Translations under genes and position numbers: made by a program
Part shown: positions 40,737 through 49,608 of the stretch, piece by piece
Numbering within the stretch: position 1 is the stretch's first letter
Layout of the letters: every line of letters begins with the position of its first letter
The notes under the pieces: generated by a model
Database searches by the model: none
What the model saw: the letters and a program-made list of their open reading frames with translations, nothing else
What the model was told of the DNA's origin: nothing
Assembly (NCBI GenBank): GCA_963666485.2
Contig: CAXXUO010000002.1
Span: 480,001 to 544,000, forward strand
Length of the DNA stretch: 64,000 nucleotides
Reading direction: 5' to 3'
Origin: Syntrophorhabdaceae bacterium
Lineage (GTDB): Bacteria; Desulfobacterota; Syntrophorhabdia; Syntrophorhabdales; Syntrophorhabdaceae

Positions 40737-41645
40737 ATGAACGTTCTGGGAACGATAGCACCCATTTTTATCATCATAGCGTTCGGTTTTTTGCTGACCT
40801 ACAAGCGGGTGCTGTCGGAGAGGTTCATATCGGAGGCAAACCGGTTTCTCTTTCAATTTCCCCTGCCTTTCCTCATTTTCATCGGGATCGTCAAAAGCGG
40901 GCTTGCAAGCACCGGGTGCCTCCCGATCGTCGCGGTGACCGCACCGTCCCTTGTAGTCGTGGGCTGTGCCCTCGTGATAGCAAAAATGGCCCGGTACAAC
41001 GGGGCCAAACTGGGAAGCTTCGTCCAGTCAACTTTTCATGGAAATGTCACATATATCGGCCTCGCCGTGCTGTTCTACATGTTCGGCGAAGAGGGGCTTC
41101 AAAGGGGGAGCCTGCTTGCCGGCACCCTTATCCTCTTTAATAATGCACTCGCCATCACGATCCTCGCCCTTTCATCGGGCAGGCATCAGAGCCCTTTCAG
41201 GATCGCGGTGTCCATTCTTACAACACCGATCATCATGGCCACCTTCGCGGCGATCATCATAGTTTTACTGGACATTTCGCTGCCGGCCGTCATCATGAAA
41301 AGCGTGGAGACGGTGGCCAACATATCCCTTCCGCTGGCTCTTATAATAATAGGCGGCTCTATATCGCCCGCCATGCTCCGCACGACATTTCGCCCGGCGA
41401 TCATCACGACCGTTCTCAAAATGCTCGTCCTTCCCGGGATCGCGTTCCTGTTCTACCGGATGTGCACCCCGGACATCACCCAGGCAATCCCCGCCATGGT
41501 CCTGCTTGCCACCCCGACCGCAATAACCGCATATATAATGGCCCGCGAGATGGGCGGCGATGCCGAGCTCGCATCCGGCTGCATCACGCTGTCGACGTTC
41601 GCCTCACCGGTGGTGTACTGGTTTTGGATGATGATGCTGTCATAA
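40737..41645 (+). CDS. AEC (auxin efflux carrier) family transporter
   Basis: About 10 TMs; P.F.II..G, GN..YIGL, PLALI.IG, K..V.P, PTA...YIMA..MGGD..LA. Confidence 0.88.
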   Translation: MNVLGTIAPIFIIIAFGFLLTYKRVLSERFISEANRFLFQFPLPFLIFIGIVKSGLASTGCLPIVAVTAPSLVVVGCALVIAKMARYNGAKLGSFVQSTFHGNVTYIGLAVLFYMFGEEGLQRGSLLAGTLILFNNALAITILALSSGRHQSPFRIAVSILTTPIIMATFAAIIIVLLDISLPAVIMKSVETVANISLPLALIIIGGSISPAMLRTTFRPAIITTVLKMLVLPGIAFLFYRMCTPDITQAIPAMVLLATPTAITAYIMAREMGGDAELASGCITLSTFASPVVYWFWMMMLS

Positions 41646-41854
41646 CCATCCCCGTCATTCCGGCGAAAGCCGGAATCCAGTGTCTTTTGGCTTTTTCTTT
41701 CTTCTAAATGCATACCGGAATAATAAAAGGCAATAGTCCGGTCAAGGTAAGTGTTTCGATCCTATCTGCTTGAATGCCATTTAACTTTAATGAGTAATAA
41801 AAATAAAAGACACTGGGTCCCGGCTTTCGCCGGGATGACGGCGGGGAATGGTTA
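41643..41854. repeat. Inverted pair of REP-like palindromes spanning a convergent intergenic region
   Basis: GTCATTCCGGCGAAAGCCGGAATCCAGTGTCTTT (from 41654) and the inverted AAAGACACTGGGTCCCGGCTTTCGCCGGGATGAC (to 41839). Confidence 0.8.
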
Positions 41855-42667
41855 CGGTTTGATTTCGTTGAGTTTTTCGATGACCGGCTCGAACCCTATC
41901 CGTTCGGCGTCGAGGGTTTCAATAACCACCTTGCCGGCATAGCCGAGGTCCTTGAGACCGCGCAGTATCCGTGCCATATCTATCAAGCCATCATTGAAGT
42001 CGTGATCATCCCGGGTGCCGTCGTTGTTGTGAAGATGAACATGAAAAAGATGGTCAATGCCCATCCTGCGGACATCGTCCAGGATCGAGCCTTCCGGGTC
42101 CGGGTCTTTTGCGGCCCGTTTCGAAATATAGGCGTGGCCGATATCGAGGGCGACGCCGATGCCGGGGGCCCGGGTACGGATATCGTCAAACTCGTCGAGC
42201 TGCTGGAAATAGAAGTAGGACATGAACACATTTTCGAGGGCGACCCTGACTCCCAAAGCCTGCGCCTCGTCGGCGACGCCCTTGAGTTCCACGAGGAACC
42301 GGTCGCGCAGCCCTGCGTCGAATTCCTTGAGTTTGCGAAAGAACGAATACCCGGGGTGGATCACGACCGGGTCCGCGCCGAGGCGCGCGCTGAGTTCAAG
42401 GCACGCTGAAACCCGTCCCCGCGACAGGCGGAGGATCTCATCGAGGTAACTTCCGAGGTTCGTTTCCAGGAAGGGGCCGTGCATCGAAAATTGGATCCCC
42501 TGATCACGGAGCGTTCCTACCTTTTCTATAAGCCTGTCGTCATAATGAAAGAGGTGCGGAGGTTCGTAGGAAAGCTCGATGGCCCTGAACCCGGACTCAA
42601 GGATACGATCAATGACCCCCGTCAGGCTGTCGTTCGTCAGGAAATATGTGGAAAAGCCGAAATTCAT
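41852..42667 (-). CDS. Sugar phosphate isomerase/epimerase (AP endonuclease 2 TIM barrel)
   Basis: AIEL, SMHGPF, VIHPG, VALEN, LDIGHA, HVHLHNN.G..D.H, G.ID, VIE. Confidence 0.88.
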   Translation of the reverse strand: MNFGFSTYFLTNDSLTGVIDRILESGFRAIELSYEPPHLFHYDDRLIEKVGTLRDQGIQFSMHGPFLETNLGSYLDEILRLSRGRVSACLELSARLGADPVVIHPGYSFFRKLKEFDAGLRDRFLVELKGVADEAQALGVRVALENVFMSYFYFQQLDEFDDIRTRAPGIGVALDIGHAYISKRAAKDPDPEGSILDDVRRMGIDHLFHVHLHNNDGTRDDHDFNDGLIDMARILRGLKDLGYAGKVVIETLDAERIGFEPVIEKLNEIKP

Positions 42668-42674
42668 AGAAAAA

Positions 42675-42745
42675 GGGCTATAGGCGATAGGCGATAGGAT
42701 CAAAAATTTCTTTTCCTATAGCCTCTTGCCTATTGCCTATAGCCT
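42675..42745. repeat. Inverted heptamer repeats GGCKATA / TATWGCC
   Basis: GGCTATA GGCGATA GGCGATA GG ... CCTATAG CCTCTTG CCTATTG CCTATAG CC. Confidence 0.75.
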
Positions 42746-42753
42746 CGCAGCCT

Positions 42754-43401
42754 TTATTTCTTGAGCGCCTTTATTATGTCGTCCCGGATCTGCATGCTGT
42801 CCAGGGATGCTATCTTTATGAGGAGACCTTCTTTTTTATAGAAATCGATCAGGGGAGCGGTCTTTTCGTTGTAGGTCTCGAGCCGCTGCTTGATCGCTTC
42901 TTCTGTCTCATCCGCGCGCTGAACGGCCGGGGAGCCGCATTTGAAGCAGGTTCCGTCCGGTTTTGGCGGCTTGCTTTTAATGTTGTATATTTCCTGGCAG
43001 TCGGGGTTCGAGCATGTCCGCCTCGTGGTCAGCCTGTCGAGGATGACCTCCGTCGGGACGTCGAGGTTGATCGCAGCGTCGAGTTTCATCCCGATCTTCT
43101 CGAGGAGTTTTTTCAATGCCTCTGCCTGGGGGATCGTCCGCGGGAAACCATCGAGGAGAAAACCTTTCTGGCAGTCCGGCTCTTTCATCCGTACTTCCAT
43201 GATGTCCATGATGAGGTCGTCGGGGACGAGTTCGCCGCGCTCCATATACCCTTTTGCCTTTTTGCCCAATTCCGAGCCTGCCTTAACGGCGTTGCGCAAA
43301 ATGTCACCTGTCGAGATCTGTACTGAACCGTCAAATTCTGTCAGAGATTTCGCGACTGTGCCCTTGCCTGCTCCCGGTGCTCCCAATAATACGATACGCA
43401 T
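42754..43401 (-). CDS. adk: Adenylate kinase (zinc-lid type)
   Basis: LLGAPGAGKGT, ISTGDILR, GELVPD, LDGFPRT..QA, Cys-containing lid, R.DE. Confidence 0.97.
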   Translation of the reverse strand: MRIVLLGAPGAGKGTVAKSLTEFDGSVQISTGDILRNAVKAGSELGKKAKGYMERGELVPDDLIMDIMEVRMKEPDCQKGFLLDGFPRTIPQAEALKKLLEKIGMKLDAAINLDVPTEVILDRLTTRRTCSNPDCQEIYNIKSKPPKPDGTCFKCGSPAVQRADETEEAIKQRLETYNEKTAPLIDFYKKEGLLIKIASLDSMQIRDDIIKALKK

Positions 43402-43560
43402 GATTGATCCTCCTTTGCGTTATATATGATCGATTGCGAAATTTCCTGAGTCTACCAAAAAAATCCAAAAAAATCACCGACAAAAACATAACCGCCGCCT
43501 CTGGCGCCACTCTGTCGCGTTCTTGACATGTCCCGCACGGCGGGTCATAATTGTATCGCC

Positions 43561-45546
43561 GTGAAAAAATATACGATCCACCGCGATGTGTCGCCGGTCA
43601 AGACCACGATCGATTACGAACGCGAATTGAATGAGGAGCAGCGCAATGTTGTCCTCTCCGGTGACGGGCCGATCCTCGTCATCGCGGGGGCCGGCAGCGG
43701 CAAGACCCGGGTCGTCACCTACCGGGTCGCACGCCTGCTCGAGAGGGGCGTCCCACCCGGCGGGATCCTGCTCCTCACCTTCACGAACAAGGCGGCCCGG
43801 GAAATGCTCCATCGCGTTGAGCACCTCATCAAGATGGACACCCGGTACATATGGGGGGGGACATTTCACCACATCGGTAACCTTGTCCTGCGTCAGCATG
43901 CCGACCGGGTAGGCTATCACAGGAATTTCACGATACTCGACAACGAAGATGCGAAGGATGTCGTGGAGCTTGCGGTAAAGGAATCGGGCGTGAACACGAA
44001 GAACAGGATGTTCCCCAAGAGCGGCGTCCTCAAGGAACTGTTCAGCTACGCAGCGAACACGATGCAGACGATCGAGGAGGCGATCCGGGAACGCAATCCC
44101 TTCTTTTACGACCTCGTCGACGAGATGGCGTCGATCCACGCTATATACAACCGCAAGAAGCGGGAAACGAACGCGATGGACTTCGACGACCTTCTTGCCT
44201 GCTGGCACAGGATACTTGCTGAAGATACCGAGCTTTGCAAGCTCTACGCGATGACGTTCATGCATATCCTGGTCGACGAGTACCAGGACACGAACCGGAT
44301 ACAGTCGGAAATAATAGACTTCATGGGTTTTATCAACAGGAACGTGATGGTCGTCGGTGATGATGCGCAGAGCATTTATTCATTCCGCGGGGCCAATTTC
44401 CAGAACATCCTCGACTTCCCCAAAAAATATAAAGAGGCAAACATTTTCAAACTAGAAACAAACTACCGCAGCACCCCCGAGATACTGGACCTCGCGAATG
44501 ATTCGATCTCATACAACATCAACCAGTTCGAGAAAAACCTCCACAGCATGAGGCAAAACGGCGTCATCCCGGTCGTCGCACCTTCGCGGGACGTGATCCA
44601 GCAGGCCGAGTTCGTGGCTCAAAGGATCCTGGAACTATCGGATGAAGGTATCCCGCTCGACAGGATCTCAGTCCTTTACCGCGCGCATTATCATTCGATG
44701 GAAGTCCAGATGGAACTGACCCGCCGGGGAATACCGTTCGATATCCGAAGCGGCCTGAGGTTCTTTGAACAGGCACACATCAAGGACGTCGTGTCGTTCC
44801 TGCGGGTCCTATCCAATCCTAACGATGAGATCTCATGGAGGCGGATGTTCCAGATATTCCCGCGTATCGGGAAAAAGACGGCGGACACTATTTATGCATA
44901 CCTGAAAGAGAACGCCGATCCCTTCGAGCCTCTCATCTCCCGGAAGATCGCGGAAAAGTTCAAGAGCATCAGAAAAGAGAACATAGACGTTTGGGCAGAC
45001 CTTTTTGCCGAGCTGAAAGGCCTGCAGAACAACGAGGCCCCCGGGGACATGATCTCGGCCGTCCTCAAGCACGGCTACATTGAATACCTGAAATTCACGT
45101 ATCCCAATTACGAGGCCCGCCTCGAAGACGTAGGCCAGCTCATCAATTTCTCGACGAAATACGACTCCCTCGATGCATTCCTCAGCGAACTGTCCCTCAT
45201 GAGCGGCTTGTCCGGTGAGGAGGTCGTAGCGGCAGGCGATTTCGACGAAGAGAGGGTCATCCTCAGCACGATCCACCAGGCAAAAGGCCTCGAGTGGCAG
45301 GTCGTCTTTATTATATGGTGTGCGGAAGGAAGGTTCCCCAACCCGAAGGCCGTCGAAGAAGGCGCGATCGAGGAAGAGAGGCGCCTTTTCTATGTAGCGT
45401 CAACGCGTGCCATGGACGAGCTCTACCTGTGTTATCCGATTCTCGCCTTTGACCGCCAGGCAGGCCACATCATCATGCGCCCGTCACGGTTTTTGGCGGA
45501 ATTGAAAGGTTCGCTCTATGAGGAGTGGTCGATCGGCGAATACTGA
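43561..45546 (+). CDS. UvrD/PcrA/Rep-family ATP-dependent DNA helicase
   Basis: AGAGSGKT, TFTNKAAREM, VDEYQDTN, VGDDAQSIYSFRGA, NYRS, TIHQAKGLE, EERRLFYVA.TRA. Confidence 0.95.
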   Translation: MKKYTIHRDVSPVKTTIDYERELNEEQRNVVLSGDGPILVIAGAGSGKTRVVTYRVARLLERGVPPGGILLLTFTNKAAREMLHRVEHLIKMDTRYIWGGTFHHIGNLVLRQHADRVGYHRNFTILDNEDAKDVVELAVKESGVNTKNRMFPKSGVLKELFSYAANTMQTIEEAIRERNPFFYDLVDEMASIHAIYNRKKRETNAMDFDDLLACWHRILAEDTELCKLYAMTFMHILVDEYQDTNRIQSEIIDFMGFINRNVMVVGDDAQSIYSFRGANFQNILDFPKKYKEANIFKLETNYRSTPEILDLANDSISYNINQFEKNLHSMRQNGVIPVVAPSRDVIQQAEFVAQRILELSDEGIPLDRISVLYRAHYHSMEVQMELTRRGIPFDIRSGLRFFEQAHIKDVVSFLRVLSNPNDEISWRRMFQIFPRIGKKTADTIYAYLKENADPFEPLISRKIAEKFKSIRKENIDVWADLFAELKGLQNNEAPGDMISAVLKHGYIEYLKFTYPNYEARLEDVGQLINFSTKYDSLDAFLSELSLMSGLSGEEVVAAGDFDEERVILSTIHQAKGLEWQVVFIIWCAEGRFPNPKAVEEGAIEEERRLFYVASTRAMDELYLCYPILAFDRQAGHIIMRPSRFLAELKGSLYEEWSIGEY

Positions 45547-45551
45547 AAAGA

Positions 45552-45640
45552 CGGTTCAAGGTTTAAAGTTCAAGGTTCAAAGTTAAAAAAACAGCCCCCA
45601 TCCACCAATCCAGCTTTGAACTTTGAACTTTGAACTGGAA
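45552..45640. repeat. Inverted heptamer arrays at the helicase/mreB convergent junction
   Basis: GGTTCAA GGTTTAA AGTTCAA GGTTCAA AGTTAAA ... TTGAACT x3. Confidence 0.8.
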
Positions 45641-45654
45641 AGTTTTTATCAACG

Positions 45655-46686
45655 TCAGTTGATAAAAACTTTCTTGTATTTCGGCATCTCTTCCAGCGCT
45701 TTCCCGCAGCCCATCGTAACGGATACAAGAGGGTCATCGGCTACTATGACGTTGATCCCGGTCTCGTTCTCGATCCTCTGGTCAAGGCCCTTGAGGAGTG
45801 CGCCGCCGCCGGTCAGCACCATGCCGGTCTCATTCAGATCGGAGACGAACTCGGCGGGAAGCTTCTCGAGGGCACGCCGGACCGAATCGAGTATCGCCGA
45901 GATCGGCTCCTCGATCGCTTCGCGCACCTCTTCCTTCGATATCTTGATGCTCCTCGGTATGCTCGTCAGGAGGTCTTTTCCGACAACGTTGATGAAATCA
46001 CTCAGGGAGTCTATCGGGTAGGCCGAGGCCCCTTCTATCTTTATCTTTTCCGCGGCGATGACGCCTATGGCGAGCTGGTGCTTTTTCTGGAGGTACCGGA
46101 CGATCGCCTCGTCAAGCTCATCGCCTGCCACCCGCAGGGATTCGCTGTATGCTACCGCCGAGAGGCTTATGATCGCCACTTCCGTCGTGCCGCCGCCGAT
46201 ATCGATGATCATGTTACCGCGGGGAAGCTCGATGGGCATTCCTGCGCCTATCGAGGCGGCCATTGGCTCCTCCATCAGGTACACGTCACGGATGCCGACC
46301 TGGAAGCACGCATCGATGACCGCTTTCTTCTCGACCTGCGTTATGCCCGACGGTACGCCGACAACCATCCTCGGCTTCGATATCTTCCGCTCGTTGCTCA
46401 CAACCTTCAGGAAGTACTTGATCATGGCCTTCGCGACGTCGAAATCCGCGATGACGCCATCTTTCAGGGGGCGAATTGCGCTGATATTGGGCGGGGTGCG
46501 CCCGATATACTCCTTTGCCTCTTTCCCGACCGCGATGACCTTGCCCGTGTTATTATCGATAGCCACAACGGAGGGCTGATTGAGGACAATGCCCTCGCCC
46601 TTCATATAAATAAGGGTATTGGCCGTGCCAAGGTCCATGGCAAGATGAGTGGAAAACATCCCGAATATATTTCTGAAGAACCCCAT
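45655..46686 (-). CDS. mreB: Rod shape-determining actin-like protein MreB (no mreCD nearby)
   Basis: DLGTANT, RPLKDGVIADF, EEPMAA.IGAG, DIGGGTTE, LTGGGALL. Confidence 0.93.
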   Translation of the reverse strand: MGFFRNIFGMFSTHLAMDLGTANTLIYMKGEGIVLNQPSVVAIDNNTGKVIAVGKEAKEYIGRTPPNISAIRPLKDGVIADFDVAKAMIKYFLKVVSNERKISKPRMVVGVPSGITQVEKKAVIDACFQVGIRDVYLMEEPMAASIGAGMPIELPRGNMIIDIGGGTTEVAIISLSAVAYSESLRVAGDELDEAIVRYLQKKHQLAIGVIAAEKIKIEGASAYPIDSLSDFINVVGKDLLTSIPRSIKISKEEVREAIEEPISAILDSVRRALEKLPAEFVSDLNETGMVLTGGGALLKGLDQRIENETGINVIVADDPLVSVTMGCGKALEEMPKYKKVFIN

Positions 46687-46700
46687 CCCCCTTTTCCTCC

Positions 46701-48068
46701 CTATTCGATGTATTTTCGTATCTTCTTTTCTTCTATCCTGTCAAACAGTTCCCACGGGTCAGGCGAATCATCGGGGTAGCTCACTGTGCCGAGCTCGATC
46801 ACGCCCGCCCCCGGCGAAAGCCCCTCTTCTGCAAGGCTCTTGCCGATGGCGTGGTAAAGAAGCTTCATCATGTTCCGTGTCTCGTATGTCTCTCCACCTC
46901 GAAGCAAGACAAAGAACCGGCCGCCGTTCTTTCGGGCCACGAACGTTTTTCCGCCCGCGCAATAACGTATGACCTGGCATATTCTCCGCAGAAGTTCGTT
47001 GGTCCCGTCACAACCCATTTTCCGGTTATACAGGGCCATATTCCCGAGCTTAACACAAAGTATGGAAAATCTCTCTTTTTTCCTTGCCATCGATTCGACA
47101 ACACCGAGAAAAACAGGAAACTGCACAGCGCCGGTCACCGGGTCAAAATCACGGATCCTGTCGAGGTGTTCCCGCATCCACTGCGCGGTAAAATACAATG
47201 AGAACAGGGATGAAACATTTCTCAGGGGCCCTATGGCGCTCTCCCTCAGCTTCATCTCGTTGAGCGAAATAAACCCCAGGACACCGAACGCGGTATCTTC
47301 CGTGATAAGGGGAAATCCGAAGAACTGGCGCGCCTTGAACGGTTCGTTCGGGAAGAGGACCGGCTTTTCCCTCAAGTACGCGCTGTCGTGCGGCAGAAGC
47401 AGTTCGTGCCCCCCTTCGAGAACAAGCGAGGCTATGGCGGAAGCCTGGCACTCTTTCTTGACGACATCGTCTTCCGGGATTCCCGCGACGTCCTGGACAA
47501 CGAGCCGTCCTTTCCTTTCCGTCCCGATGAAGCAGAAAGAGCCCCCGGAGAGGCCGAGTATCTCGGACAGGACCTCCGGCGTCGAGACCCTGGATGTGTT
47601 GAGGGCGCTCAGGAGGTTCATTATCCTTCTTTCCGCAAAAAGCTCGTCGATCGTTTCCTCGGCGTGCTCGGCCCTCTCTTCTTTCTGTATCTCCTCGTGG
47701 ATGAGCGACGCGAACGAGGCCAGTATCTTCTTTTCCTTGTCGGTGAAAACGTACTTCTTCTTGCTGTCCACAATGATCACGCCGTTCGTGTCCATCGGGT
47801 AACCCATGAAAGACTTGATGCCTTCATTCGCCCCGTAATAACCCAGCGCATCCTCGTCCTTATCGAAATTGGGGATGATAAGGGGCGCATTGTGCTTGAT
47901 GACCCATCCCGGCAGGGTACTTTCTATAGGAACGGGCCGCCTCTGGTCGAAGCTCCGGGCGAACGTGACCGAGGATATGCAATTGAGCATATCTTTTTCA
48001 CGTATATACAGGGCGACGGTAAATGCCTCGTAGATATTGAAGATAAGCTGCGAGAGTCTGTCGATCAT
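46701..48068 (-). CDS. GAF-domain protein with degenerate GGDEF-like C-terminus
   Basis: Two GAF-like regions (KSFMGYP, QFFGFP); D..TG, N...G....N.LL, and ARKNGGRF in place of the GGDEF motif. Confidence 0.7.
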   Translation of the reverse strand: MIDRLSQLIFNIYEAFTVALYIREKDMLNCISSVTFARSFDQRRPVPIESTLPGWVIKHNAPLIIPNFDKDEDALGYYGANEGIKSFMGYPMDTNGVIIVDSKKKYVFTDKEKKILASFASLIHEEIQKEERAEHAEETIDELFAERRIMNLLSALNTSRVSTPEVLSEILGLSGGSFCFIGTERKGRLVVQDVAGIPEDDVVKKECQASAIASLVLEGGHELLLPHDSAYLREKPVLFPNEPFKARQFFGFPLITEDTAFGVLGFISLNEMKLRESAIGPLRNVSSLFSLYFTAQWMREHLDRIRDFDPVTGAVQFPVFLGVVESMARKKERFSILCVKLGNMALYNRKMGCDGTNELLRRICQVIRYCAGGKTFVARKNGGRFFVLLRGGETYETRNMMKLLYHAIGKSLAEEGLSPGAGVIELGTVSYPDDSPDPWELFDRIEEKKIRKYIE

Positions 48069-48115
48069 TCTATAACCGAATTATGTCATTAGGGAACAAC
48101 CGGTGTCAATTGATA

Positions 48116-49063
48116 TCAACCGTATTCCTCGAACCCTGCCGAATAGGGTATCCCGAGTTTCTCAAGGGTCCGGCAGTAGCCGCACATACCCCCGCCTGAC
48201 GGGTACCCGCACACGCCGCAATAACCGGCACCGGCATCGGTCTTCCGGGAGCTACCCTGCCCGGACCGCTGTTTCACCTCTTCAAGTTCCTTCAGGTATC
48301 CCTTGATGAACATGAGCTTCGTTCCCGGCGAGCCTTCCTCGATCTTCCCCAGGATGTTCTTGTACGTAATTGTCTTCGCACCTTTCGAAAAAGGGCATTC
48401 CTCGTAAATATAGTCAATGCCGGATATGATGGCATATGCCGCGACCTCACGCTCCGAGCACAGAAAGAACGGCTTTGCCTTGCGCGACAGGTGGCCTTCG
48501 TCCTCGTCGAGGGATATATCCTTCTTCCACAAGTATTCCTTTTTCCAGTAAAGGACATTCCCGAACAGGGCGGCGGCCTCGTCGTCGAGATTGTGCCCGG
48601 TCAGCAAAAGGTTGTACCCTTTTTCCATGCAGATCTTGTTCATGACATATCGCTTGATCATGCCGCATGCCGAACATGGCGCCCTGCGCAGCACCTTTGC
48701 AACCTCTGCAATGTCCCGCTCAAAGACCCGGGGAACGTGAAATATGTGGACCTTCCTGCCGATCGTGTCCGCAACGGCCTTGATCTTCGCGAGTGACGTC
48801 AGTGAATAGTCGCCGATGCCAAGGTTGACGTAAACGCCGTCGGCTGCGATGCCCATCCTGTGCAGCAGCACCCACAGTGAGAGTGAGTCCTTTCCTCCGG
48901 ACACGGCGACGACGGGACGATCGCCTTCCCGGATAAGTCCATACCGCCTTATCGTTGTCTGTACTCTTTTTTCAAAAAAGATGAGGAAGTGTGTATCGCA
49001 GAACGCTGTCTTATGCGACCTTAAGGCTACGCTCGCGGTCTCGCCGCAGACCCGGCATTTCAT
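48116..49063 (-). CDS. TtuA/Ncs6-like tRNA thiolation PP-loop ATPase
   Basis: N-terminal CxxC/CxxH Zn finger, SGGKDS, PCSACG..KRY, TGHNLDD, ECP, C-terminal CxxC..CxxC. Confidence 0.88.
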   Translation of the reverse strand: MKCRVCGETASVALRSHKTAFCDTHFLIFFEKRVQTTIRRYGLIREGDRPVVAVSGGKDSLSLWVLLHRMGIAADGVYVNLGIGDYSLTSLAKIKAVADTIGRKVHIFHVPRVFERDIAEVAKVLRRAPCSACGMIKRYVMNKICMEKGYNLLLTGHNLDDEAAALFGNVLYWKKEYLWKKDISLDEDEGHLSRKAKPFFLCSEREVAAYAIISGIDYIYEECPFSKGAKTITYKNILGKIEEGSPGTKLMFIKGYLKELEEVKQRSGQGSSRKTDAGAGYCGVCGYPSGGGMCGYCRTLEKLGIPYSAGFEEYG

Positions 49064-49248
49064 CCGCCCGAAACAACCCGTATGACGCGTACATTGTCGC
49101 CGGCCCGAAGGCGATGATCTTCCGTGACGAGCCTGTTGTTGGCGACGACGAGGTGCCCTTCTTTACTAATGGATAGTTCCTCGAGCAACCGCGACACGAG
49201 CATCGGCTTTTCAAACGTGTATTCCCTGCCGTCCCAATTGACATTCAT
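49060..49248 (-). CDS. ThiS/MoaD/TtuB-like ubiquitin-fold sulfur carrier
   Basis: 62 aa ending VIRVVSGG; overlaps the start of the TtuA-like gene. Confidence 0.88.
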   Translation of the reverse strand: MNVNWDGREYTFEKPMLVSRLLEELSISKEGHLVVANNRLVTEDHRLRAGDNVRVIRVVSGG

Positions 49249-49286
49249 GGGTATTTCTTTAGCATATGGACATGATGAAGTCAAAG

Positions 49287-49506
49287 GGCGGCGTACGGCT
49301 GACGGCGTACGGCTGACGGAAAAAACAGAATAACTTCGATCGATGGACTGTAGGCGACAGGAAAGTACTCGTTGCCCCGGTATTGTTTTGTGTATTGGTC
49401 CCGATCATACAGGACAGTCAGTCCCTCCTTGGTCGAACCTTCATGCAGTTTCTTTAGCCTTCCTTGCGCCTTTCGCCGTACGCCGTTAGCCGTTAGCCGT
49501 ACGCCT
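49287..49506. repeat. Inverted heptamer repeats in a divergent intergenic region
   Basis: GGCGTAC GGCTGAC GGCGTAC GGCTGAC at about 49290-49318, versus GCCGTAC GCCGTTA GCCGTTA GCCGTAC at about 49475-49505. Confidence 0.75.
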
Positions 49507-49608
49507 TGCTTTTCCCATTTTCATGCTTATATTTCTAGCAGATTTTCGGATGTACATTGTTTGACACGAAGAAAACAATTTAAGACGAAGCTTTAAGAGG
49601 TGCATAGA

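Noticed and set aside
49540..49608. CIRCE or other heat-shock operator upstream of clpB
   Set aside because: A TTGACA is present at 49561, but no TTAGCACTC-N9-GAGTGCTAA and no clear -10 element could be identified.
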